Positions 48,561 to 57,455 of a DNA stretch of 64,000 bases are shown in pieces. A program made the translations under genes and the position numbers. Below the pieces are notes generated by a model. The model had not been told where the DNA came from and made no database searches. It saw only the letters and a program-made list of their open reading frames with translations. Origin of the DNA: Vicinamibacteria bacterium (lineage in GTDB: Bacteria > Acidobacteriota > Vicinamibacteria > Marinacidobacterales > Marinacidobacteraceae); contig CAXXLQ010000004.1 in assembly GCA_963668695.2 (NCBI GenBank), positions 1,568,001 to 1,632,000 of the forward strand. Reading direction: 5' to 3'. The stretch's first letter is position 1; each line of letters begins with the position of its first letter.

Positions 48561-48801
48561 CGCCGCCAGGGATCTGCAACGCGTCCCTGTTGCCGACCGG
48601 CGCAAGGTTGCGGCGGCGATTGACCACTTGGCCCAGCGGCCTCTGCAAGGCAGGATTCTGAAGGGAGGGCTACGTGGACTGCGCCGTGTGCGGGTCGGAC
48701 GCTATCGAGTCATCTACGAAGTACAGGACGAAGCGCTGATCGTTCTCGTGGTTCGGGTCGCTTCGCGGGATATGGCGTATCGCGGCCCGGTCACGGGCTG
48801 A
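48532..48801 (+). CDS. relE: RelE/ParE-family toxin
   Basis: YSVRIKRSAARDL, LRRVRVGRYRVIYEV, VLVVRVASR. Confidence 0.9.
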   Translation: MIYSVRIKRSAARDLQRVPVADRRKVAAAIDHLAQRPLQGRILKGGLRGLRRVRVGRYRVIYEVQDEALIVLVVRVASRDMAYRGPVTG

Positions 48802-48835
48802 TGGCCGGAGCCATCGCGCGATTCGCCCGCCCGGA

Positions 48836-50326
48836 TCAGCCCAGATTCCTCTGCAGTCGGGTGGCGCGTTTTTCGAGTTCCTTTCGGTAGCGTCCGGTCG
48901 TCTCCCGACCCATTTCCACCCGGGGGAGCCGTTCGAGGGCGTCCTCGACGTGTTCGAGGGCCCGCGCCGGATCCTTCCGCTGGTGCTCCTCGTGCTTGGC
49001 GAACCACACGAGTACGTCCAGCCGCTCCCGGGAATCCAGGGGGCTGACCTGGCGCCAAAGGTCGATCGCGCCCTCCCAGTCGCCGAGCTGCTTCCGCCGC
49101 TCCCCGAGATCGAGCAGGCACCGATCGCGGTTCTTGCCCGAGAGTCCGGCGGACAGGGCGCGTTCCAGCAGCGGGATGGCCACTTCGGACTCCCCGCGCC
49201 GCCAGAAGTGGTGTCCCGCTCCGTGAAGGTCCGCGGGATCGTCGCTGTACCAGTCGTCGGCCATCCGCTCGAGTGCACGCAGAGCGAGCGCCGCCAGGGT
49301 GACGATGTCGTAGCGGTTGTGCGCCAGCACCGACTCCATCGCGGGGTGGCGCCCGTGACGAAGGAAATCGAAGAAGACCTGTGGGATGCGGTCCCCCGGG
49401 ATGTCGTCGTCACGCTCGACTTCGAGGACTTCCCGTTCGAGGGTCGAGAGCCGGGCGTTTTCGTGCCGCGGCTTGAACAGCCGGCGCGCCGGGTGGAGAA
49501 GGTCCAGATGACGGCGGTCGCGGAAGGGGGAAGGAAGGCCGTTCAACGCGAAGCGGGTTTCGAGCAGGGGAAGGTCGAAGCTGCCCCCGTTGTAGGTGAC
49601 GAGATCGCGGCGGCCGGCTGCCAACACTGCCAGTTCCTCGAGCATGGCGGCTTCCCCCCGGGGGTCGCGCATGAGGAACTGCGTCACCCGGAAACGGTCT
49701 TCTTCCACGTAGCCGATCCCGATCAGAAAGGCGAAGGTGCCCGTGCCGCCCGCGAGTCCGCTCGTTTCGGTGTCGAGAAAAAGGGCGCGCGCGAGGTCCA
49801 CGCCGGCCTCTCCCGAACGGATCTGGAGACGCGCGGTCTCCTGCTCCGAGACCTCGGTGAGCCGGAGCAGGTCGGCGCCGCCGTAACGGGAGGCCAGCGG
49901 GAAGTCGTGGTCTTCCCGGGAAAAGGGCTCCTCCGCTTCGGAGGTCGCCGGCCCGTCTGGCGCTCCGACCAACGGTTGCTCCTCACCGGTCCAGGAAATG
50001 AGGGCCTCCGGGCTCCCGAGAGAGGCCGCCGGGGTTGCCAGCCGGGCCTCCCCCGCGGCGGTTTCGGCGGTTTCGGCCCCGGCTACCCGGAGCTCCTTCC
50101 AACCACGCTCGGTTCTCCGAATGAGCTCCCGGGCCCGCGCCAGCCGGGCCGCCTTTTGGTTCTGGGCGACTGGTTCCGGGGCGGCTGGTGGGCCGGGACG
50201 GGGCGCAGGATCTTCGGGGGGCGGCTCCGAGATTCGAGCGGGGTCCGGAGAGGCGGGAGGCGTGATGACCGTCCGGGCCCGGCTTCTGGCAATCCGCTCG
50301 GTGAGGGAGGTCCGACCGGACGTCAT
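48836..50326 (-). CDS. mrfB: YprB/MrfB-like DEDD exonuclease with TPR C-terminus
   Basis: FLDTETSGL.GGTGT, VTYNGGSFDLP, HLDLLHPARR, HNRYDI. Confidence 0.85.
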   Translation of the reverse strand: MTSGRTSLTERIARSRARTVITPPASPDPARISEPPPEDPAPRPGPPAAPEPVAQNQKAARLARARELIRRTERGWKELRVAGAETAETAAGEARLATPAASLGSPEALISWTGEEQPLVGAPDGPATSEAEEPFSREDHDFPLASRYGGADLLRLTEVSEQETARLQIRSGEAGVDLARALFLDTETSGLAGGTGTFAFLIGIGYVEEDRFRVTQFLMRDPRGEAAMLEELAVLAAGRRDLVTYNGGSFDLPLLETRFALNGLPSPFRDRRHLDLLHPARRLFKPRHENARLSTLEREVLEVERDDDIPGDRIPQVFFDFLRHGRHPAMESVLAHNRYDIVTLAALALRALERMADDWYSDDPADLHGAGHHFWRRGESEVAIPLLERALSAGLSGKNRDRCLLDLGERRKQLGDWEGAIDLWRQVSPLDSRERLDVLVWFAKHEEHQRKDPARALEHVEDALERLPRVEMGRETTGRYRKELEKRATRLQRNLG

Positions 50327-50334
50327 GCGAGGCG

Positions 50335-52791
50335 TCAGGAAGCGGCGGCCCCGGCGGGCGCCGTCACCAGTTCTTCGCGGTTCCGGATTCCCCGGAGAAT
50401 CGCTACTGCGGCCGCCTTGCCGTGGCGTCCGATCTCTCCCACGGGCCCGACGCACGACGGGCATCCTGCCTGGCAGGGGCAGCGTTCGATCAATCCGAGC
50501 GTTTCTCGAAGCAGCGTGGCCCGGGACTCCCAGAGCGGTTCCGAGAAACCGATGCCGCCGGGATAGTTGTCGTAGATGAAGATCCGGGTCGTCGCATCCG
50601 CTTCTCCGGGGATCGCTTCGGCAAAAGTCCCGGGCGCTGCCCGAGGTCCCGCATCCTCAGCGGATGCGGTTCCGATGGCAGACCCGATGTCGTGGGACTC
50701 GCACATCAGGAAGGTGGTCGCCACCGCCCGCATCGCATTCCGGATTCCCCGGATCCCGTCTCGCCGGTCCTCGGGGCCGAAAGGAACCGTGCTCAGTACT
50801 TCGGGCGGCGCCTCCAGCCAGAACGCGGTGGTGTGCATCTCCACGGCCGGCATGTCGAGTTCACCGGAACCGACGTTCTCGTTCGTGAAGAACTTGATTT
50901 TCTTGAAGCCGACGACCTGTTTGACGACGTGAACCTCGCCGTGGGCGGCAGGAGAGGACGGCTCCGGCGCCGTCTCGAAGGTGTCGAGGACACTCACCTT
51001 CGTGTGGGTGACCGCGTCCGTGTAGTAGTCGCTTTCGATGGGACGGACCTCGGCGCGGCGCTCCCGGTGATCCAACTGCTCGACGTAGTAGGTGTCGCTC
51101 TCGAGCATGTAGATCGCCTTTTCGTGGAGGGTCGAGTGCGCGCTCACGAAGTCCACTTCCGCGATGACCCGTCCGCTCTCGCGGTCGTGCACCACGAAGT
51201 TGTCCGAGCTGATGGAGCGCAGGCTCACACTGTTGGCCGGATAGGAATCGGCGGTCCAGAACCACCGGTCGCCGGCCCGGTAGAGGATCCGTTCTTCCTC
51301 GAGCACTCCGAGTAGTTCCTCAAGGTCTTCGCCGCCGAAGCTCTCGCCTTTTCGGAAAGGCAGCTCGAAGGCGGCGCACTTGAGGTGTTCGATCAGGATG
51401 GAGAGGTTGTCCGGGTTGATCAAGCCGCGCTCCGGTGTCCCTTCGAAGAAATAGTCCGGGTGCTGGATGACGAACTGGTTGATCGGCGTCGAGTTCGCAA
51501 CCAGCACCGCGGCCGCGGTCCCGCCGCGGCGTCCGGCCCGGCCCGCCTGCTGCCAGGTGGACGCGATGGTCCCCGGATATCCGGAGATCACCGCGACATC
51601 GAGGCCGCCGATGTCGATTCCCAACTCCAGTGCGTTCGTGGAGACGACGCCGAGGACGCTCCCGTTCTTGATGCCGTCCTCGATCTCGCGGCGCTTCTTC
51701 GGCAGATACCCGCCGCGATATCCGCGGATCCGGTCGCTCCGGTCGGGACGGGTCTCGATGTCCCGCTTCAGGTACTTGACGAGCACCTCGGTCTGCGTCC
51801 GCGAGCGGGCGAACACGATCGTCTGCAGGTTGCCCTTCAGGAAACCGCCCGCGATCCGGCGCGTCTCGTCGAGCACCGAGCGGCGAATCCCGAGTTCCGG
51901 GTTTACCACCGGGGGGTTGTAGAACAGGAAGAACCGTTCCGGCCGCGGCGCGCCGCTCCGGTCCACCAGGGAGATCGGGCGTTCGGTGAGACCTTCCGCC
52001 AGCTCCCGGGGATTCGCGATGGTGGCGGAACTGAGAATGAACTGGGGATTCGCGCCGTAGTGACCGCACACGCGGCGGAGTCGCCGCAGCAGATTGGCCA
52101 GATGGCTGCCGAAAACGCCCCGGTAGGTGTGCATTTCGTCGATGACGACGAAGCGCAGGTTCTCGAACAGCTTGGCCCACTTCGTGTGGTGGGGCAGGAT
52201 GCCGGAATGGAGCATGTCCGGATTCGTGACGACGATGTGCGCCCGAGTCCGGATGCTGCGGCGGGCGTCGCCCGGCGTGTCCCCGTCGTAGACGTCGGCC
52301 CGAATGTCCTCACCGAGCAGATCCTTCTTCTTGACAAGCCTGAGCAGTTCCAGAACTTCCTTTTTCTGGTCCTGCGACAGAGCCTTGGTGGGGAACAGGT
52401 AGAGCGCGCGGGCGTCGGGTTCCCGGAGGATCCGGTTCAGGACCGGCGCGTTGTAGCAGACCGTCTTGCCGGACGCCGTCGGGGTGACTGCCGCGACGCT
52501 CTCGCCCGCTTCGACCCTGTCGAGCACCTCCCGCTGGTGCGAGTAGAGCTGTTCGACACCGCGGTGCCGGAAGGCATCGCGGAGGCGCTCGTCGATGTAA
52601 TTCGGAAAGTCCCGATAGTCGCCGGGCGCCGCCGGAAAGTGGCGAAGGGCGGTGACTCCCGGGAGTGCCGCGCTGGCGTCGAGTTCGGCCACCAGCGATC
52701 GGATGGCGGCGCGACGCTCCGGCGAGGTGAGCGCCGTCCCTGACGTACGGGCAACTCGCCCGGGGCCGTCCTGCAGTTCAGCCGGTTTCAT
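50335..52791 (-). CDS. mrfA: YprA/MrfA (Hrq1-like) DEAH helicase with DUF1998 Zn domain
   Basis: TPTASGKT, FPTKALSQDQ, DEMH, SAT, QQAGRAGRR, YDNYPGGIG, CPCQAGCPSC. Confidence 0.92.
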   Translation of the reverse strand: MKPAELQDGPGRVARTSGTALTSPERRAAIRSLVAELDASAALPGVTALRHFPAAPGDYRDFPNYIDERLRDAFRHRGVEQLYSHQREVLDRVEAGESVAAVTPTASGKTVCYNAPVLNRILREPDARALYLFPTKALSQDQKKEVLELLRLVKKKDLLGEDIRADVYDGDTPGDARRSIRTRAHIVVTNPDMLHSGILPHHTKWAKLFENLRFVVIDEMHTYRGVFGSHLANLLRRLRRVCGHYGANPQFILSSATIANPRELAEGLTERPISLVDRSGAPRPERFFLFYNPPVVNPELGIRRSVLDETRRIAGGFLKGNLQTIVFARSRTQTEVLVKYLKRDIETRPDRSDRIRGYRGGYLPKKRREIEDGIKNGSVLGVVSTNALELGIDIGGLDVAVISGYPGTIASTWQQAGRAGRRGGTAAAVLVANSTPINQFVIQHPDYFFEGTPERGLINPDNLSILIEHLKCAAFELPFRKGESFGGEDLEELLGVLEEERILYRAGDRWFWTADSYPANSVSLRSISSDNFVVHDRESGRVIAEVDFVSAHSTLHEKAIYMLESDTYYVEQLDHRERRAEVRPIESDYYTDAVTHTKVSVLDTFETAPEPSSPAAHGEVHVVKQVVGFKKIKFFTNENVGSGELDMPAVEMHTTAFWLEAPPEVLSTVPFGPEDRRDGIRGIRNAMRAVATTFLMCESHDIGSAIGTASAEDAGPRAAPGTFAEAIPGEADATTRIFIYDNYPGGIGFSEPLWESRATLLRETLGLIERCPCQAGCPSCVGPVGEIGRHGKAAAVAILRGIRNREELVTAPAGAAAS

Positions 52792-53040
52792 GGTCTGGGT
52801 TCGGGCGCCGGAGGAGTCTGATGAGTGGGGGAATCCCACGGCTGAAAGACACTGTATCCGGCCCCGGTGACAAATCACGCCACCTCTGGAGGGGTGGGTG
52901 GCGGAGGTCCACCCGGACCGAGGGTCAGAATCCCCGGGAGGACTTCCGCGAAACCGGCACGGTGCGTATTGCGCGTTTCGCTGCCGTCCGGGCAGCGGTG
53001 CCGGTCAGAGGCCCCACCGGGAGAACTGGCCGGCGCTCCT

Positions 53041-53138
53041 TGGCGGAAGCGTGTGGGAATCGAACCCACCATCCCGGGGACTAACCCGGAATCAACGGAT
53101 TTGAAGTCCGCGGAGGCCGCCAGACCCCATGCGCTTCC
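53041..53138 (-). tRNA. selC: tRNA-Sec (anticodon UCA)
   Basis: GGAAGCGC...CU-UCA-AA; 6-bp D stem with 4-nt loop, long variable arm, 8/5 fold, GCCA end. Confidence 0.93.
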
Positions 53139-53176
53139 CCTGAAGCGTTCCGGGTCGCCCCGGCGCGCTGAGACCC

Positions 53177-53252
53177 TGGTGGAGCTGACGGGGATCGAAC
53201 CCGTGACCTCGTGAATGCCATTCACGCGCGCTCCCAGTTGCGCCACAGCCCC
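53177..53252 (-). tRNA. tRNA-Ala (GGC)
   Basis: GGGGCUG..., anticodon stem CGUGA/UCACG with GGC, G3-U70, ACCA end; 76 nt. Confidence 0.97.
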
Positions 53253-53304
53253 AACTCAGGTCCAGAAAGGAAAAGATGCCGCTCTGCCCTCCCGAGGAGC
53301 GCCG

Positions 53305-53313
53305 ATTTTAGCA
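53305..53313 (-). promoter_or_regulatory. Extended -10 promoter candidate for the tRNA pair
   Basis: TGCTAAAAT on the minus strand about 50 nt upstream of tRNA-Ala, followed by a GC-rich stretch. Confidence 0.5.
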
Positions 53314-53428
53314 GCCAACCCCGGTTCAGCCTCCGGCTCCGCCCGTCGGGCCGGCCGGCATACGCGGTTCGGGATACCTTGACACAAGTGTTACTGTATA
53401 GCTCTCTATCTACACATCAGGAATCCTC

Positions 53429-53683
53429 ATGGCTCTGAACATCCGCAACCCCGAGGCGGAGCAGCTCGCCACCGAGCTTGCGCGGATTACCGGGGAGACG
53501 AAGACGGCGGCGGTGACGAAAGCCCTGCGAGACCGGCTGGGGCGAGTACGGCGCGACCGCGACACGAGGAGCCTCGCCGACCGGCTGGTGGCGATCGGAA
53601 GGGAGTGCGCCGCCCTCCCGATTCTGGATAAGCGTTCCGCCGATGAGATCCTGGGCTACGGTGAGGACGGGCTTCCGGACTGA
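53429..53683 (+). CDS. vapB: VapB antitoxin (Rv0623-like)
   Basis: MALNIRNPEAEQLATELARITGETKTAAV...DEILGYGEDGLP; upstream TGTATA-N8-TCTACA imperfect palindrome. Confidence 0.92.
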   Translation: MALNIRNPEAEQLATELARITGETKTAAVTKALRDRLGRVRRDRDTRSLADRLVAIGRECAALPILDKRSADEILGYGEDGLPD

Positions 53684-54078
53684 TGGTTGTAGACGCTTCC
53701 GCGCTGCTCGCCATACTGCAGGCGGAACCGGAGGCCCGGCGCTTTGCCGAGGTAATCGAGGCGGCCTCGCGGCCAACGCTTTCCGTCGTTTCGTTCGTGG
53801 AAGCGTCCATGGTGCTGGATTCCCGTTACGGCCCTGCGGGAAGAGACCGATTGGACCGCCTGCTCCGAGAGAGCCGCATGGAGTTGGCGCCCGTGGACAT
53901 CGAGCAGGCCCAGATCGCCCGTGACGCGTTCCGGGACTTCGGAAGGGGCCGCCATGCGGCGCGTTTGAATTTCGGCGACTGTTTCTCGTACGCGCTGGCG
54001 AAACAGCGGAGCGAGGCGCTGCTCTTCAAGGGCGCCGACTTCGTCCACACGGACATCCGCCCGGCCGTCGCACCGTAG
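53683..54078 (+). CDS. vapC: VapC toxin
   Basis: MVVDASALLAIL..EPE, FGRGRHAARLNFGDCFSYALAK, LLFKGADF..TDI. Confidence 0.95.
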   Translation: MVVDASALLAILQAEPEARRFAEVIEAASRPTLSVVSFVEASMVLDSRYGPAGRDRLDRLLRESRMELAPVDIEQAQIARDAFRDFGRGRHAARLNFGDCFSYALAKQRSEALLFKGADFVHTDIRPAVAP

Positions 54079-54116
54079 GCCGTTTTGGGGCGATCTGTTC
54101 GCCCCCCCGGGGTTAG

Positions 54117-54350
54117 CAGCCTGTGGTGAAACCCAGGCGGCCCAGTTCTCCCGGTGGGGGCTCGAGCGGCGATCCATCCCGGCTGAACCACTCCGCTTCG
54201 CTCCGTTCTGCGTTGCGTTTCGGTCGAAATACACCCGGGCCAGTTCTCCCGGTGGGGGCTCCTCCCTCACGCGCCTTGTCAGCCGGGCGCCTCGCCCCCA
54301 CCGGGAGAACTGGCCGCTCTCGGCGCTCACCCGGGTTCCACCACAGGCTG
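54117..54350. mobile_element. MITE-like repeat, copy 6
   Basis: TTAG|CAGCCTGTGGTGAAACCC ... GGGTTCCACCACAGGCTG|TCAG; abuts the dctM stop. Confidence 0.85.
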
Positions 54351-55643
54351 TCAGGGTCCGGCTCTCCCAAGAACCAGGTCCGGAAGGAAGAGGGCCGCCT
54401 CCGGCCAGAAGGTGACGATTCCCAGCACCACCAGCAGCGCCGCGATGAAGAACACGTTGACCCGCATCACCGCCGATATCTCGGTCTTGGCGATCGAGCA
54501 GGTGGTGATGAGCACCGAGGCGACGGGCGGTGTCTGCTGCCCTACCGCGAGGCTCACGGTCACCATCATCCCGAAATGCACGGTGCCAATCCCCGCCGAT
54601 TCGGCGAGCGGCAGCAGGATGGGCACGAGGAGAACGATGGCCGCGGCGCTGTGCAGGATGGTTCCGGCGAGCAGCAGCACGCCGTTCAGGATCAGGGCGA
54701 CCGCCCAGGGGGAGTCCGCGAGTGAGAGCACCCACCCGGTCAGCCGCTCGGGCGCCTGCTGGTTCGCCAGGTACCAACCGAGGACCGCCGATCCCGCGAC
54801 CAGCAGCATGACGACCGCCGTCTGCCGGGCCGATTCCGTGAAGGCGTCGCGGATGGCCGTGAAACCAACGGTCCGGTACCCGGCGACTCCCATCAGCAGC
54901 GCGAGCAACACCGCGACTGCCGCCGCTTCGGTGGCGGTGAACCAGCCGAGGAAGATGCCGCCGAGGATCACGGCCGGGATGAGCAGCGGCCAGGCGGCGG
55001 CCCGGGCGGCGGTGACGGCCCGCGACCAGCGAAAGGGCTCCGAGTCCCCGAACCCGCCCCGGCGGGCGAGCATCCGGCTCACCACCATGATCAAGGCCCC
55101 GGCGAGCACCCCGGGAACTACTCCGGCGAGGAACAGGCGGGCGATCGAGGCCCCCGTCACGGCGCCGTAGAGGATCATCGGGATGGACGGAGGGATGAGG
55201 ATCGCAATGGTCGCCGAGGAGGAGAGCACCGCTGCGGCGAAAGCGGCGGGATAGCCGCGCTCCTTCATCGCGGGTATCAGCACGCTCCCGAGGGCGGCCG
55301 CGTCGGCCACCGCCGAGCCCGACATCTCGGAGAACAGCATGCTCGAGGCGGTGGTGGTCATCGCCAGTCCCCCGCGCATCCAGCCGACGATCGAGGAGGC
55401 AAAATCGGTGAGGCGACGGGAGATGCCCGCGTGGTTCATCAGCGAACCAGCGAGGATGAAGAGCGGAATCGCGACCAGCGGGAAGGAATCGGTCCCGTTG
55501 AACAGCCGAAGGGGAACGACCACCAGTGGAGTTGAGGTGGTAAGCCAGATGGCGAGAACGGATGCGGCGATCAGGACGTACCCGATCGGAATCCCGACCA
55601 GGATGAGCGCCGCCGCCGCGATCAGCGCGGTGAGGATCTCCAC
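54351..55643 (-). CDS. dctM: TRAP large permease
   Basis: AIPLFILAG, SGSAVAD, LIPPSIPMILY, FTATEA, HFG, TPPV. Confidence 0.95.
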   Translation of the reverse strand: MEILTALIAAAALILVGIPIGYVLIAASVLAIWLTTSTPLVVVPLRLFNGTDSFPLVAIPLFILAGSLMNHAGISRRLTDFASSIVGWMRGGLAMTTTASSMLFSEMSGSAVADAAALGSVLIPAMKERGYPAAFAAAVLSSSATIAILIPPSIPMILYGAVTGASIARLFLAGVVPGVLAGALIMVVSRMLARRGGFGDSEPFRWSRAVTAARAAAWPLLIPAVILGGIFLGWFTATEAAAVAVLLALLMGVAGYRTVGFTAIRDAFTESARQTAVVMLLVAGSAVLGWYLANQQAPERLTGWVLSLADSPWAVALILNGVLLLAGTILHSAAAIVLLVPILLPLAESAGIGTVHFGMMVTVSLAVGQQTPPVASVLITTCSIAKTEISAVMRVNVFFIAALLVVLGIVTFWPEAALFLPDLVLGRAGP

Positions 55644-55651
55644 TGTCTCAA

Positions 55652-55902
55652 CAGCCGGTGGTGGAACCCGGGTGAGCGCCGAGCCCGGTGAGGCCCAGTT
55701 CTCCCGGTGGGGCCAGTTCTCCCGGTGGGGGCCCGGCTGACAAGGCGCGTGAGGGAGGAGCCCCCACCGGGAGAACTGGCCCGGGTGTATTTCGACCGAA
55801 ACGCAACGCAGAACGAAGCGAAGCAGAGTGGTTCATCCGGGATGGATCGCCGGGCGAGCTCCCACCGGGAGAACTGGACCGCTTGGGTTTCAGCACAGGC
55901 TG
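55652..55902. mobile_element. MITE-like repeat, copy 7 (inside the TRAP operon)
   Basis: TCAA|CAGCCGGTGGTGGAACCC ... GGGTTTCAGCACAGGCTG|TTGA. Confidence 0.85.
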
Positions 55903-55913
55903 TTGAGATCGGC

Positions 55914-56381
55914 TCAGTCTTCCGGGTGGCGGAGGACCGCGACGAGGCGCCGGGTCTCGAGCACCGCGGTCAGCACTGCAAAGAGCGGCAGCACCAGATA
56001 AAAGGCTCCCATCGGAATCGGCATGGTGATGGCGCGCTCGGTCAGGAACCGCAGCACCAGCACCGTGCCGAACCAGGCGATGACGAGGTGGAGGGCGAGC
56101 ACCGCGGCGTGTTCCAGGATCCGGGCGATCCGCCGCGGGCGGGGCCCCAGACGGCTCACCAGGTCCCGGATCCCGATGTGGGCTCCGTCCCGCCGCGCGA
56201 GCACCGCCCCCAGGAAGGTGAGCCAGACGAGCGCGAACCCCGCCAGCTCGTCGTAAAAGCCGAGCCCGGCCCCGAAGCCGTAACGGAGTGTCACCTCGAC
56301 GAGGCAGAGCGCCGCGATGGCTCCCAGCAGGAGCGAACAGGCGACGGCCAGGGGGTCCCGCCGCCGCGGGGGCGTCGTCAG
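55914..56381 (-). CDS. dctQ: TRAP small permease
   Basis: EVTLRY, DELAGFALVWLTFLG, HIGI; probable CTG start overlapping the dctP TGA. Confidence 0.88.
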   Translation of the reverse strand: MTTPPRRRDPLAVACSLLLGAIAALCLVEVTLRYGFGAGLGFYDELAGFALVWLTFLGAVLARRDGAHIGIRDLVSRLGPRPRRIARILEHAAVLALHLVIAWFGTVLVLRFLTERAITMPIPMGAFYLVLPLFAVLTAVLETRRLVAVLRHPED

Positions 56382-57364
56382 TGCGCCAGTCCCCGTGCCG
56401 TTTCGATCCACTCGCTGCCGAACCGCATCTCGTAGTGCTCGAAGACGGGCGCCGCCGCCGCGGCGAAGGCCGGGCGGTCCACCTCGTTCACCGCGAGCTG
56501 GTCTTCGAGAGTTGCGAGCAGGCGGGTGTCTTCCTCCGTCAGGAAGTCCCGGAGCCAATCGCCGGTCTCGCGCGCCGCTTGCCGGAGGCCGGCCTGCAGG
56601 TTCTCGGGAAGACTCTCGAACCAGGCGGTCCGCATGACCGGATAGGCCGGGGTGTAGACGTGGTTCGAGAGCGAAAGGTATTCCTGCACTTCGTGGAACC
56701 GCGCCGCCGTCAACTGCGCGAGCGGGTTCTCCTGTCCGTCCACCACCCCCTGGCGGAGCGCCGAAAACACCTCGCCGAAGCTCATGGAGGCGGGGTTCGC
56801 GCCGAGGGTCTGGAAGAGGCGAACGCGCTCGGGGTCCTTGGGCGTCCGGAGGCGGATGCCCTGAAGGTCGGCGGGGGTCACTATGGGGCGGACGTTGTTC
56901 GTGATCACCCGGAATCCGTTTTCCCAAAACGCGAGCAGCGTCAGGCCGTGATCCCGCTGGAGGGTCGCTTCGAGACTCTCGCCGATGGAGCTGGCCGCGA
57001 TCCTCTCGAAGTGGTCCCGGTCGGCGATGAGGAACGGGAGATCGAAGATCCCGAATTCGGGAGCGACCGAGTGCATGACCGAGGACGGAACGTGCATCTC
57101 GAGGGTGCCCAGGCGGAGCCCCTCGAGCATTTCCTTGTCCTCGCCGAGCTGGCCGGTGCCGAAGATCCGGATCTCGACCTCGCCCGGGAATCGGGCCTCG
57201 ACCAGCTCCTTGAAATGCCTCGCCCCGTGGTCGAAGGGGGAGCCGGGAAAGCCGATATGACCGAGCCGGATCACCCGGGGCCCGTCGGCGTCGCCTCTGC
57301 CCCCGCATCCCGCTGCGCCGGCGGCGAGTCCCGCGGCGAGGAGCGCGAGGAGCGGTCGGGTCAT
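56378..57364 (-). CDS. dctP: TRAP substrate-binding lipoprotein
   Basis: AAGC lipobox, QLGED, FDLPFL, WENGFR, MSFGEVFSALRQGVVDGQENP. Confidence 0.93.
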   Translation of the reverse strand: MTRPLLALLAAGLAAGAAGCGGRGDADGPRVIRLGHIGFPGSPFDHGARHFKELVEARFPGEVEIRIFGTGQLGEDKEMLEGLRLGTLEMHVPSSVMHSVAPEFGIFDLPFLIADRDHFERIAASSIGESLEATLQRDHGLTLLAFWENGFRVITNNVRPIVTPADLQGIRLRTPKDPERVRLFQTLGANPASMSFGEVFSALRQGVVDGQENPLAQLTAARFHEVQEYLSLSNHVYTPAYPVMRTAWFESLPENLQAGLRQAARETGDWLRDFLTEEDTRLLATLEDQLAVNEVDRPAFAAAAAPVFEHYEMRFGSEWIETARGLAH

Positions 57365-57455
57365 CCGGGCTCGGGCGATTGAGCGCAGGCAGCCGCCGGG
57401 CGTCGCTCTGCCGTTCACGGTCTTCGCCTGGGTGCGGCTGCGGGAACCTGCGAGA

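Noticed and set aside
53379-53402. Sigma70 promoter TTGACA...TATAGC for vapBC
   Set aside because: Spacer is only 12 nt.
52880-53429. Prophage or island integrated at the tRNAs
   Set aside because: No integrase and no duplicated tRNA 3' end seen; the 3' side leads to mrfA.
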